A DNA stretch of 64,000 bases, taken from contig NC_083280.1 in assembly GCF_963506605.1 (NCBI RefSeq), forward strand, positions 26,226,001-26,290,000, read 5' to 3'. Source of the stretch: Zootoca vivipara. Its lineage: Eukaryota. A program made the position numbers and the translations under genes. Below the pieces are notes generated by a model. It ran no database searches. It had not been told where the DNA came from and saw only the letters and a program-made list of their open reading frames with translations. Below, in pieces: positions 1 to 11,832 of the stretch (positions within the stretch are counted from its first letter, which is position 1; each line of letters opens with the position of its first letter).

Positions 1-787
1 TTGGGGAAAACCCTGAAGAGGAGGGGACCTAGATGGCTGTGGGGAGGTGGGGACCTTCAGTCTCTGCAACTGATTCATGGGGTAAGACCTACTGGAGATG
101 AGCTGCTGTTTTCATTAGGCCTGACAAGCCTGGGAAGATCGAATTTTTGCTAGTAAATTGTTAACTCCAACGTTGAACAGTATGATTTACTGACAGCTCG
201 TTCTGTGACACCGGGTGACCTTGAGCCACTCACTGTCCCTTTGCCCAACCTACTTCACTGGGTTGATGAGAAGGATAAAATGTGGAGAACTATGGGCACC
301 ACCTTGAGCACCTTGGATGAGTGTAAATGCAATAAATCAATAGACAGACAGATAGAAGGCTTAAAAGCTAAAGAGGCAGTCCTAGAGCAAGATCTGCTAG
401 GATGAGTGGGGTTCAAATTCATCAAACCTCTAGCTGAGCCGAGAGCTTCCCAGCACAGCCAGGCTACGACATCTCAACTTCCTCAGCTCAGCAGGAGACA
501 TGCCAGTGTATCTTCCCCATCCCAGCTCAACTGGGCTGCTGCCAGCTAAGCCAAGTCTGGTGGAGCTCAAGCTGGAAGGGGTGGGACCAGAGAGGGAAAG
601 CTTAGGCTGGATCCTAAGTCCATTCAACTCAGTCACATGACCTGGCCACCTGGACTAAGTTAGGTCAGCAAAATGGGTGGTGCAGCTCAGACTATTTTAA
701 AGGCTTGTTTAGGCCGACACAGCCAGTGGTAGCCCTGCTCCTGAATGGAGTTTGGATTTGGTGTACTCTATACCAGCTTAATTTACA

Positions 788-1187
788 TCAAAGTGTTGGT
801 GTTGACCTTTAAAGCCCTAAACGGCCTCGGTCCGGTATACCTGAAGAAGCGTCTCCACCCCCATCGTTCTGCCCGGACACTGAGGTCTAGCTCCGAGGGC
901 CTTCTGGTGGTTCCCTCGCTACGAGAAGCCAAGTTACAGGGAACCAGGCAGAGGGCCTTCTCGGTAGTGGCACCCACCCTGTGGAATGCCCTCCCACTAG
1001 AGGTCAAAGAGAACAACAATTACCAGACCTTTAGAAGGCATCTCAAGGCAGCCCTGTTTAGGGAAGCTTTTAATGTTTGATGGATTTCTGTATTTTGTTG
1101 TTTTGTTAGAAGCCGCCCAGAGTGGCTGGGGGAACCCGGCCAGATGGGCGGGGTATAAATAATAAATTATTATTATTAAATTATTAT
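788..1187 (+). mobile_element. L2-clade LINE, 5'-truncated 3' end
   Basis: Encodes KVLVLTFKALNGLGPVYLK...RAFSVVAPTLWNALP; shared 3'UTR and (TTA)n tail; five copies in the window. Confidence 0.85.
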
Positions 1188-2289
1188 AAACTTGCTTTAC
1201 GGCAGCCTCATGGGTATAGGATTGCTCCTAAACTAGGAAATTAAACAATTAAACACGAAGCAAAATAAAGCCAGCAGTTAAAAGCTGGATGAAATTAAAA
1301 GGTGATTTAAAATAAATAAATAAATAAATACATTTATCCACTTAAAAACCATCAGTGAGTGTACCACATCCACCTCCTGGGGGAAAGGATTGCAAAGATG
1401 TAGGTCTCCCATTAAAGGCTCCTCCTTGCCCTCCACCAATCTCATGGTTTTTAGCGGCAGGCCTGTGAGCACTGCTTTTCTGTGGATTTCAATCTCTGCC
1501 AAATTAAGATTTTTGTATATTGAATATTTTATAAGGGCACTGCTGGGGAAAGGGAGTGAAATGATATTTAAAAAAAAGCTCTTCACTGTCAGAAGTGTGC
1601 CAAAACAGAAACTCATTTTTTTTTGCCTCAAAGGCAGGCCTGCTTTGCTCATAAAATATTTAGCCAGGTTTTTTTTTAATGTAATGTGTTAATTTAAAAA
1701 CATTTAAACAGATATTTACCAGCTCTTTAAAAGTTCATGCAAAGAAGAGGATAAACACAGTAGATCAATCTGGGCTGGACACAGGAAGCTGGTTTTCAAA
1801 GATCCCAACAGATAAGGCCAAACCACAACTAGATTTATGTTCCCCCCGGAGAAAACTGTGCTGAGAAATCTTCATCCCATTCCATGGACCATTTGTTGGT
1901 GTCAGAGTTCCAGCAGATATGTAGACAAAGAATTCCTCCTACAGTGAAGAGAATGGGAGAAACCACTTCATGTGACCCCGAGGCTGCATTTTCAAGCATC
2001 AGGTTGTGTATGGGGCTCTGGATTGTAAGGATGGAGGCAAAATCAGATCCTGTTCACATTAACAAAACCTATGGAATTCACATTTTCCAAAACAATAAAG
2101 GAACTGAAACCCTTCAAAATGTACAATTCTCCGAATTACTGTAGTTCTCCAGCCACGTAATGTGTTTAAAAGTGCATCACTGGGGCAGAGTGTGCACAAA
2201 AATGTATATATTACTGAAAATGACACACACAATTGCAAATAGGAAGAGAGGTAGCTAGCTCAGTCCATGCACTAGGGCTATTGCACCAT

Positions 2290-3050
2290 TTGCGTGTGGA
2301 GACCTTTTAACCACCCCTGAAATAAATTCAGACAAGACTCAAATTTTTGGTTTGTTTTTTTTGGCAGAATTTAGGCCCCAACTTTATTGATTACAATCAA
2401 GTGAGTGGTTGCATAGGCTCTGGTTTGACTAGCTCCCTGCACCCTTGCAGGCAGCGCTGACCCTGGGCACCAACCGTAGGTCAGCCTTGGGTGAACACCT
2501 GGGACAGTTGAAAGCAGGAGCCATGCTAGTCCTCCACCCAGATGTCCCCTGGACTCAGGCTCAGAGCACAACCCCTCACAGGGAAGACCAACCTATGAGT
2601 CCGTGGATTCCTTTAGCAGAATACCCATTGCATAGGTCTGGCAAGACCCTTCTGCCACCCCTATCACGTGAACGAAAGCCTATCCGCAACCTTACAAGTT
2701 GTGACAATTTGCTACTCGGCAGGCAAAACCCAAATGGCACCAGCCAATCAGCCAAGTGGGGGAAATTCCTGCCGTGCCCCTGTCCCAATGACAGGTGACA
2801 CACAACGGCATAGCAAGGTCAAGAGCAAGCCCTAAATATAGGGAAAGGTGGGTGGGTGTTCTGATGCACTGAGCCCAAAAGAGAATCTCAGGGACACGTG
2901 CATGGGCTTAAATAGAAGTCCCTTGATGTATTTTTGCTGGCATCCCATTGGCCTGATTCCTCCCAGCATTGAAGGACCTCTGATAGGGCGCTGTGGCTAT
3001 CCAAACGTTCCCACCCACAACACAGGGTCTGGTTGCCATGTCCCACTGCA
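2290..3050 (-). mobile_element. LTR-like terminal repeat of an unidentified retroelement
   Basis: Minus strand has CCAAT-like, TATA-like and AATAAA signals in order. Shares motifs with 34810-35220. Boundaries uncertain. Confidence 0.4.
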
Positions 3051-4289
3051 ACATGTGCCCTCTTGTTAGGGAGGACCCAATTTGTTTCGTTAGCAAGCAG
3101 GTGCCAGGCAGAGGGTGGCAGTGGGTGAGTTGTTGGAGGAAGCAGCCGTTTGAGCCATGCAGCTTCTCCTGATGCCCTCCGATGTAGTGGCAAGCGCTGC
3201 TGTTGCCAGTGCTGAAGTGAGAGTCACCTGCCAGTCCAGTTTATTTCTGTACATAGGAAACTGGAGAGGACACGACTCTTTCAAATGCAGGTCAGCTGGC
3301 AACTCTAGTGTGAATGGTTAACTTCCTACTGCTTACAACGTAAATAACAAAAACTGGAAAGGAAGGTCGGATATTATATTGGCTATGACGGCCTGGTAAG
3401 AATCAAGAAGGTGTGATTTTCTTGCTAAGTTAACGGGGGAAACATTAAACAGTGGTGGGGAGCCTCAGACCCAAATTTGGCCCTCCATTCCACTCTACCC
3501 AGACCACCTGATTCAACCCTGGCCAAGCCCCCTAGCCTCCACACCAGCCGTTCATTCTCATCATATGTTTTTGCTGAGCTGGAATGATCCTGATTGCCTG
3601 ATTGGAGGATGGAAAGGTTCGTGTTGGAGAGTCTGAGGGGGTATAAAAACCTCTGACTGAATGAAAAAGACGTAGAAACAGGTTTGCATCCAGTATTTTA
3701 TTTCTCAGGGGATCTGCGCAGAGACTGCTCTTGGCATTGTCATGTCTGAGTTCCGCAGCACAGCAGTGTATTATATATACAACTCTTAATCTTCCAGGAT
3801 TAATCTAAACTGCCAACTTCCTGTAGGCTTCTTTGGTGGCCTAAGCTTCAATTATGGAACCTCTCCACACTTCCCCAGAACCACAGGTTCAAATCTCTGT
3901 AGGGCTGACTCGGCCTTTGCTTCCACTAATATAACGCTGCAATTCTAGGCATACTGCCTGGGAAGGAAGTCCCATTTAATTCAGTGAGGCTTACTTTTGG
4001 GTAAACAGGCTTAGGATCATCAGACCGTAAAGATGTCCATATGGAACAAGCTTCCTTGAGGGCAGCGCCAATTATTTGTGAAATTTAATTAAGCTTCCCT
4101 CCACACAGCACATATCTCAGACTGTCTCCACTAGTTATATCAGCTGAAAGTGAGGGTGGTGAAGAAAGCTCTGGTGGTATGGTAAGGGTGGTAGGAGACA
4201 AAAGGGAGGTCACTATCTGCAACACTGTTGACTCCCCCCCTCCCCCATCCCATCCACCAACTGTGGTAAAGCTTTATACCTTACATTCA

Positions 4290-4737
4290 CAGAGCAAAAT
4301 AACCTCTTGAATTGTATACCCAGCACATGGAACCTTACAAAAGGACAATATGAGTGGACTCTTGGTGCCCTTACCACAGCAAAAAGATTGATACTGATGA
4401 ATTGGAAAAATAAAAACGAGGCTACCTTCTACGATTGGATTGAACACTTATACAAACTTGCAACATATGAACAACTTGCATATAAACACAGACTTGCCTT
4501 GGACAAATTCAATGATATTTGGAATCCATTCTTACAAATACTGTAATAGGTTAAGATCTGGTGACGTACAATAACAACTTTGCAAAATATACAGTTTTGG
4601 GTCCATCCCCCTTATATTTTCCCTTCTACACAGGTTCTGTTTCTCTTTTCTGTTTCTCTCTTTTATTTACATCTCACCATGTTTAGTGCACATATAATTA
4701 TGAACTTTTTGAATTTTCAATAAAGATGTTAAATAAC

Positions 4738-4777
<40 letters not shown>
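4290..4777 (+). mobile_element. L1-clade LINE 3' end (ORF2 C-terminus, 3'UTR, AATAAA, (AAC)n tail)
   Basis: ORF 4307-4546 AKRLILMNWK...W...KFNDIWNPF resembles non-mammalian L1 ORF2 C-termini; AATAAA at about 4719. Confidence 0.75.
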
Positions 4778-4778
<1 letters not shown>

Positions 4779-4991
4779 CCTTTATGACTGTTTCAACCAG
4801 GAACAGTTGATTCTAGTGCCATGTTTTTAGTTTTAATTTTTGCTAGAGCTGTCATCTGGACAAGGCTAAGGTTGCAATCCCCTGCACACACATCTGAAGT
4901 ACAAATGATTGATTGATTGTCTATACTACCCTTCATCCAAGCAGCACAGGGAGGCTTATAATATAAAAACACAAAGATACATAACATGGTA

Positions 4992-5128
4992 GATCATGGA
5001 ACCATAGAGTTGGAAAGGGACCACAAGGATCATCTAGTTCAATCCCCTGCAATGCAGGAATCTTTTGCCTAATGTGGGGCTCAAACCCATGGCCCGGAGA
5101 TTAAATCTCATGCTCTGCCAACTGCTAG
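4992..5128 (-). mobile_element. tRNA-Lys(CTT)-derived SINE with CR1-type tail
   Basis: Reverse complement of the 6246 copy. Confidence 0.8.
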
Positions 5129-6245
5129 AGACCTCCAGGAAACCTATAAGCAGGGCATGAAGAGAAGGGCTCCTTGCTTCTGTTCACTTTGCCTGAAATT
5201 GGTATTCACAGGCCCACCATCTCTGAACAAGAACGTTCTATTTAGTTTTCAAGGCTGATAGTTTTTTTGTAGGTTTTCGTATTCTGACAGCTATATTAAC
5301 TATTCCATGTTTGACAACATATCTGCCATTGTGTAATCATGTGGCAGGGAGCCATAGCAATCTTGGCCCTATGGTGCCTGGACCAGTACGATGCACAGAG
5401 CCAAAAACCTCTGCCATGTGCACATGTTATGGTTTTGTATTTATCCGATACAATTATGCAAAATAAGCATTTATATCGAAAGATGCTGCCAGAAAGCCAA
5501 GCAGAGCTTCTTTTCATACCCACCAGCCAAATTCTGCAATGGTTTATATTCTGGATGAGCAATAGTCTTCCTGATGTGGGAAAGCAGGAGGAGGAGGTGA
5601 AAGAAAAGCATGCAATGTGTTTATTCTTTTAAAATAGACAATAAGGTTCTGGACATTGTGCACCATGCCATAACCTATTAGGACATAAGTGCTTGCTTTG
5701 AGAGAAAAGAACAACAAAATAAAACTCTGGGCTGCATTCTGAAATCAGTTAAGTAAATGTCATCATCACATGATTCAGCAGCACAAAATTAATACAATTA
5801 TATGTCACAATGAAAGGCAGATGGAAGCTAAACAGAAGCAGTTGCATTCAGATGTAAAGCCTACATTGCAAAAACAATACAAAAACTCAACAGCAATCTC
5901 CAGCCTTAGTTTGTGCTGGATTTTTATGAAATTTTCCAAGATGCCACGAAGCAAATTTCAGACTATATATTGTAAGGTGTAAAACAGATGGTTCTTTTCT
6001 GGTAAATATTTTTGCACTATGAAATATTTAACATAAAGTAATGTATATCATGGGGATGTGGCAAGCAGACACGGGCAATTAATATCATTTTCACAAGTAA
6101 CATTAACCCAAAAAATTCTGGAATGTGCTGCTTTATAGATGAGCAGTTTTACAAATGAGCAATGGGGCAGCCTATCTTGTTATATGTATGGCAGGTGTGA
6201 GAATGCTTATATGGTTTTGTCTTTAGCTCAGTTTATAACAAAAAT

Positions 6246-6383
6246 GCTCAGTAGAGCATGAGACTCTTAATCTCAGGGTCATAGGTTTGAGCCCCACACT
6301 GGGCAAAAGATTCCTGCATTGCAGGGGGCTGGACTTGATGACCTTGGTGGTTCCTTCCAACTCTACAATTATATGATTCTATG
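6246..6383 (+). mobile_element. tRNA-Lys(CTT)-derived SINE with CR1-type tail
   Basis: Head GTAGAGCATGAGACTCTTAATCTCAGGGTC matches tRNA-Lys-CTT. Tail matches the CR1 3' end at 42700-42752. Confidence 0.85.
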
Positions 6384-7339
6384 ACAGTAATGCTCACTCA
6401 GTTTCACTTCTCCATTCATTCCCTCAATAGCAACTCAACTGGACTTTTAGGGCCAAACTGCACTCGACATGTAGATCCACACAGTTCAGTCTCTCAATAC
6501 CTTTCACTTCCACAAAAAGTCATTTTTATTAGGGCCATGGCACAAGGAGAGACTGTTTAACTCTTTCCCCTTGGATCATTTGCTCAATTCACATATGTTT
6601 ATTAATACATTGTCTCTCAAGACAGACAGATGTCAAAAACAGAGGGGGAATCTATGTCTCCTATCCAAATCAGGATTTGGTTCTTCAAGTGGTCATAGAT
6701 TTCTCATGCCATGTGATAACAGTAAACATGCAATTCAGTCCTGAACAGAATAGGAGTGAGCCATTTTGAAGTCATTTGTACAGTCTTATCCAGGTATGAT
6801 TGAATCTGGGCTCTACCTTGGGTATTTTACTGAAGGGCAAAGTGAAAAGTGATCCCTCAAAGAAGCAAATTCATGCACAAGACAAACTTACTGCACAAAA
6901 AAACTCAAGTATGCCCCACAGTCCCAGTTCAGCTTTATTGAGTAAACTAGCCAAAGGCTTGCAAATTCAAACACTGCTATTCATGCTGTGAGAATCTGTG
7001 TTCTATCCAACAGGTTTGGCATTCCAATTTCAAATATGGAAAATCTAAAATAGTATACAAGCAAAACAGAAACTGCCCTAAGCATCACTTGTAAAATGGG
7101 ATTGATGCTGCAAGTGGCTGTTCTGTGGAGTGCTAGGCTTTAAGAATTTTCTGAAATTGAGGGGGGGGCTGTGCACAGATATCGTAATGTTTGGATTTGC
7201 AGGCCTTTGGCAAACTGTAACTGCTTTTAAATGTTTTAATTGTACATGTTTTTGGAATGTTTCAACTGTTTTGGAATGTTTTTAAATTCTGGCGGAAGGG
7301 TGGGGTATAAACCCGATAGATAAATAAATAAATAAACGC

Positions 7340-8450
7340 ATTGGCAACAGTAACAATTAACGCCAGGAAATCCCGGGTCTGGGCAAGGGCTTCACGTCTC
7401 TACCGAGCATGTGCGAAGGCTTCCCATTTGCTGCTGCGAGGGCGCCAGAGGATGTCCTCGTACCGGCAGGGTCCGGGACGCGCAAGGAGGGAGACACCCC
7501 TTTCCTCACCCCACCCACCCCTCGGGCTTGCTCCCCCTCCCTGGCCAGACCCCCGGCCAATAGCTGGGAGGACCCGGCAGAAGCTCTCCTCTAGCCGCGT
7601 CCGGGGGCTCCCCGACGGCCACCCCTCCCGCTCCCGCCCGCCCCCTTATAAAGGCTCCAGCGCGCACCGACGGCTCCCTTTGCCTGGTGCTCTTAAGCGA
7701 GGGCTAGACGGCGGCGGGATCCGCGGCGCTGCCTCCATTTGATCGCATCTTCCGGAACGCTTCCTCGCTGCTCCTTCGGCGAGTGGATCGAGCGGATCTT
7801 TTTCTTTCTTTCTTTCTTTCCCCTTCCTCCCGCCACTTTTTCATCACGACCCTTCTGGAGGATCCCCACCCCCGCGAAGCAAATCCCTTCTGGAGTTCAG
7901 GGCGGCCCCACGCGCTTCGAACAAGGGAACGGGGAAGCCGGCCTACCGAGCGCCTCGCAGGACTCTTGTCGCGGGTGGGAGAGCAGGCGAGGGAGGGAAG
8001 AAGGGAAAGAGCCTCTCCGGGTCTTCTGCTTGGCTCTGCTTCGTTTCCCGGCTTGGCTGGAGCGCCCACGATGGCAAGCAGCAGCAGCAGCGCTGGACCC
8101 CTCGCCCTCCTCTTGGCTTTCGCTGTTCACCTCCTGCAGCCGACCCACCCCGCCGAGCCCGAGGCCGAGAGATCGCCCGTTCCCACCGGTAACTTGACGC
8201 ATCCCGCTCCTGCTTCCCCGACGCCCCCACGTTTTCATTTGAGTCAGGCTCCCATTTCTTTGCGAAGCTTAACCTTAGCGCGCGTGCAGTGGGCAGGGCA
8301 GAAGGGTTCCTTGCCATGTGCAGAGTGGTTGCACAGACCACTGATATCTGAGACGGATTCACTTTTAGAAAAAAGGGGCTGGGGCTTGGATTTGCGCCCC
8401 GGTACTTATCTATGAAATCCCCCCTCCCGCAAACCCGCCCCCCCACTTTA
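7340..8450 (+). promoter_or_regulatory. PLOD2: CpG-island promoter of PLOD2 with CCAAT (7557-7561), GC boxes (7633-7645) and TATA box (7647-7652)
   Basis: Sharp rise in GC and CpG content. GGCCAAT, CCCGCCCGCCCCC and TATAAAGG occur in canonical order. No ATG seen between the TATA box and 8071, implying a 5'UTR of about 390 nt (TSS inferred near 7680). Confidence 0.8.
8071..8188 (+). CDS. PLOD2: PLOD2 exon 1 coding part (signal peptide MASSSSSAGPLALLLAFAVHLLQPTHPAEPEAERSPVPT)
   Basis: Strong Kozak context (ACGATGG), hydrophobic leader, donor G|GTAACT. 118 nt, phase 1, joins exon 2 to give ...VPT-DKLL as in LH2 (IPTDKLL). Confidence 0.88.
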
Positions 8451-8814
8451 ACATTTTATTAGGTCCACGTTAAGGCCGAATAAATGAATGGATTGCTGGT
8501 GAAAATCCTGATTTTCGTACATTAAAATTAAAAGGTGACGCTCCCCCCATCCCTTTAATCTGAAAGTGGATTCTCTTTAGCTTGGGTTCGTAAAGCGAGA
8601 GGAAATATCCCTAGGGGAAATTAGTTTCTTTTGCTGCAAGGCGAGTTTGGCCAGTTCGTTACTTTCTATGAGAGACCGGGAGTGAGACCCCCCCCCCGAA
8701 AAAACCCCTTTTCATTCAGACCCCGCTTCGGGATCTTCAGACAAAAGCCCTGTTGTTCAAACTGCAGCTGATTTCCCCAGCTCTCAAGCGGGTCTGGCTT
8801 GCCTCTTGAGTGCT

Positions 8815-9069
8815 NNNNNNNNNNNNNNNNNNNNNNNNNNNNNNNNNNNNNNNNNNNNNNNNNNNNNNNNNNNNNNNNNNNNNNNNNNNNNNNNNNNNNN
8901 NNNNNNNNNNNNNNNNNNNNNNNNNNNNNNNNNNNNNNNNNNNNNNNNNNNNNNNNNNNNNNNNNNNNNNNNNNNNNNNNNNNNNNNNNNNNNNNNNNNN
9001 NNNNNNNNNNNNNNNNNNNNNNNNNNNNNNNNNNNNNNNNNNNNNNNNNNNNNNNNNNNNNNNNNNNNN
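8815..9069. other. Assembly gap
   Basis: Run of N. Confidence 1.
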
Positions 9070-10896
9070 TTGTAACATTCATGTGGAACATAAACGTCTG
9101 GCTTTCACGTTGGGAAGCCGAGCCTTTTAAAACGAGTCAGTTTGGGATAATGTCAAAAACAAAGTTTCAAGAGGAAAACAGTTTCTCCGAGATGCTTAGG
9201 TCCATTTTCACTAGGTGTGCATTCTTATGCAGGTTGACAATTTCCTTAACATGGGAAAATGCACAGAGAGTTAGCAAAGGGTGCTGCTTCCAGATAGGTG
9301 AGGTTGGCGCTCCTCATTTCTTTCCCTGCAGCATTCACACACAATGCTGTTGCCATCAGAATTCCAGCTGGTACCCCCCTTAATTTACTGGGGGTGGGGT
9401 GGGTGATAAGCTTGAAAAGCCTGTTCTCAATGATTCTTGTGATATATCAACAATCCTTTAAAAGAGCCCTTACTTCTAAGCACCTTGTAACCTTATGAGC
9501 TGCTTTTTCCTGTCTGTGGTGAAGAGTTGAATCATGACTTTCATACTGGCGATGATCAATATTTAGGATGCATTTGAGAATGCAAGCAATATAGAAATGC
9601 AAATTCTGAGCTGGGCATCTTGGGAAAACTTCTATTTCCCTGCTAAGCCTTAAATACAATCCTGATTCTTTGCCCTACAAGAAACTTCTCTCATTTCCAA
9701 TATTTTACTGTGAAATATTGTGCATGTTTGGCTGAAGTAAATCCCACCATGTGTAATGGAGTTTGCGCCATAGGGACACCATTGCCTACTTGCCTCATCA
9801 AATGCAGCAAGGCTTACTCCTGAGTAGACAATATACAACTGCACTGTTAGTCATGATCCTTGGTGGAAGAGACCTGGCACCTGGAAGACATGATTATTCC
9901 ATTCGATAGTCTCTCAAACATGAAAGGTGTTACTTTGTGACCCTGCCCTCCCTTTTTCTGGCCACATTTTCAACCAGTTTCCTTCCCAGCCTTGTTCCCA
10001 TTCTGCTCCTTGGATCATGTAACCTGCTTGTTCCAGGGAGCTGGAAGGCAGGAAGAAATTCAATCCTCAATGTGCAAAACAGAAGAGGAAAGACATGCAC
10101 AAAATCTGTTTAAAGAAAAGGGCCCATAATGTGTTCTCGTGCTTCCTGTCAAAAGAGACAATTGGTTTTAAATACACATCATGTTGTTTGCCACACACTG
10201 CTTCTTGTTTGGATCCTGAGCAGGCCTTTGACTGTGTCCCCGGCTCTTACTCGCATCAGTCCTGGGAAATCAACCATAATCTGCGATTTATATTTTTCAC
10301 ATGGTAATAAAAAGAGCTCAGAGTTTTGATTCACACCTTTGAGGTAGTAAATGGCTCACTTCAAAACTCTGCTGTGATTGTTTTGCCACACAGAAGAAAG
10401 CAGTTTCTTTCTTTCTTTCTTTTTTCAGTTTTTCTCCCCCCCCCCCATCTTAACTTCACATTTCCACATCAGTTTGTGTTGTTTTTTTAAGTCTTCATGA
10501 AAATTCATCAGTATTTTTGTGCACATTATCTCCTAATCTATAGTACACATATTGATATGCAATTTTGCCTAATATACACATTTTTGCAAAACAATTTCTC
10601 CTAATATGATGCATTTTTAAAATTTTATTTTCACCAATATATGACTTTTTAGGCACACTTTACTTCAGCATATGCATTTTTGTACCCATTGCTTGGTTGG
10701 AGAACCTCTTCCCAATGTGACATTCGCACTCAAGGCCGTGCTGGTCTGCATGGGGCCTACCAATGCTGTGCGGGGGGGGGGCTGTAGAGGCCTCATCCCC
10801 ATAGAATAGGGGTGCCTGATTGCATGTAATGTAGTTTGCCTGATTACTCACTTGTTGTTGGTGCCTTATAAGGAATAATAGCACTTGCAAGCTCTA

Positions 10897-11377
10897 CAGT
10901 GGTACCTTGGTTCTCAAACGCCTTGGTACTTAAACAACTTGGAACTCAAACACTGCAAACCTGGAAGTAAGTGTTCAGGTTTGAGAACTCTTTTCAGAAG
11001 CCGAGCATGCTCCGTTTTGAGTGCCACACTTCTGTTTTGAGTGTTACGCTGAAGTCTGTCCTTGCTATTTATTTTGTGTTTTTGTTTTTTGCGGCTTTTT
11101 TGTTTTGTTTTCGTGACACTGTGGAACCCAGTTCAGCAACTGATTGATTATGTGACTGCAGTACATTGTTTATTGCTTTCATTTTATGGATCAATGGTCT
11201 CGTTAGATAGTAAAATTCATGTTAAATGTGCTGTTTTAGGGGTTGTTTTTAAAAGTCTGGACTGGATTAATCCATTTTGCATTACTTTCTATGGGAAAGT
11301 GTGCCTTGGTTTTGGAACGCTTTGGTTTTGGAATGGACTTCTAGGATGGATTAAGTTTGAGAACCAAGATACCACTG
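10897..11377. mobile_element. Tc1/mariner (Tigger/pogo-like) non-autonomous DNA transposon
   Basis: TIRs CAGTGGTACCTTGGTTCTCAAAC / GTTTGAGAACCAAGATACCACTG; flanks TA and CA (mutated TA). Confidence 0.8.
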
Positions 11378-11596
11378 CACTTCTTCTTCTTTAAAACACT
11401 TTTAGGGCAATCACTTCTCTGCTCAACTACGTAACTTGTATAAGGGTTTATATAAGTACCCACATATTGTAAAAGCCACATCACATCACTTCTTTAAATC
11501 GAAATGTGACCCTTAGTGAAAGCTTCTTGGTTCACACAGTCCCCTTTGTGGAAGACAATACAGAACAGTGACTTGTGTGCCGCTTCTATCTCCTTA

Positions 11597-11832
11597 CCCT
11601 GTTTCTCATATTTTAAGACATACCCATAAAATAAGCCATAGCAGGATTTTTAAGCATTCAAGGAATATAAGCCATACCCCGAAAATAAGACATAGTGATA
11701 GGCGCAGCAGCAATGCCGGCCGCGGCAGGAGGAGGAGGAAAAAATAAGACATCCCTTGAAAATAAGCCATAGTGTGTTTTTTTTGAGGAAAAAAATAAAT
11801 ATAAGACATGTCTTATAATATGAGAAACACGG
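11597..11832. mobile_element. Tc1/mariner-type MITE
   Basis: TIRs CCCTGTTTCTCATATTTTAAGACA / TGTCTTATAATATGAGAAACACGG; TA on both sides; internal AAAATAAG repeats. Confidence 0.8.

Noticed and set aside
2758-2810. Resemblance to the CPEB3 HDV-like ribozyme (GGGGG...GCCCCTGTC)
   Set aside because: Could not build P2, P3 or the catalytic C strand by eye; only a plain stem-loop is supported.
6246-6305. Apparent tRNA-Lys(CTT) gene
   Set aside because: Acceptor stem, D-arm and T-loop are damaged, it is fused to a CR1 tail, and it is repeated: a SINE head.
7644-7654. CArG box overlapping the TATA box (CCTTATAAAGG)
   Set aside because: Seven A/T bases between CC and GG rather than six; better explained as the TATA box.
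7783-8415. 210-aa ORF in frame with the PLOD2 ATG, and other long ORFs over the CpG island
   Set aside because: Starts at a GTG in weak context and runs through the exon 1 donor. Long stop-free frames are expected in GC-rich DNA.
8666-9383. ORFs spanning N runs (also at 27019 and 48002)
   Set aside because: Artefacts of assembly gaps. PLOD2 exon phases join without needing any exon in the gaps.
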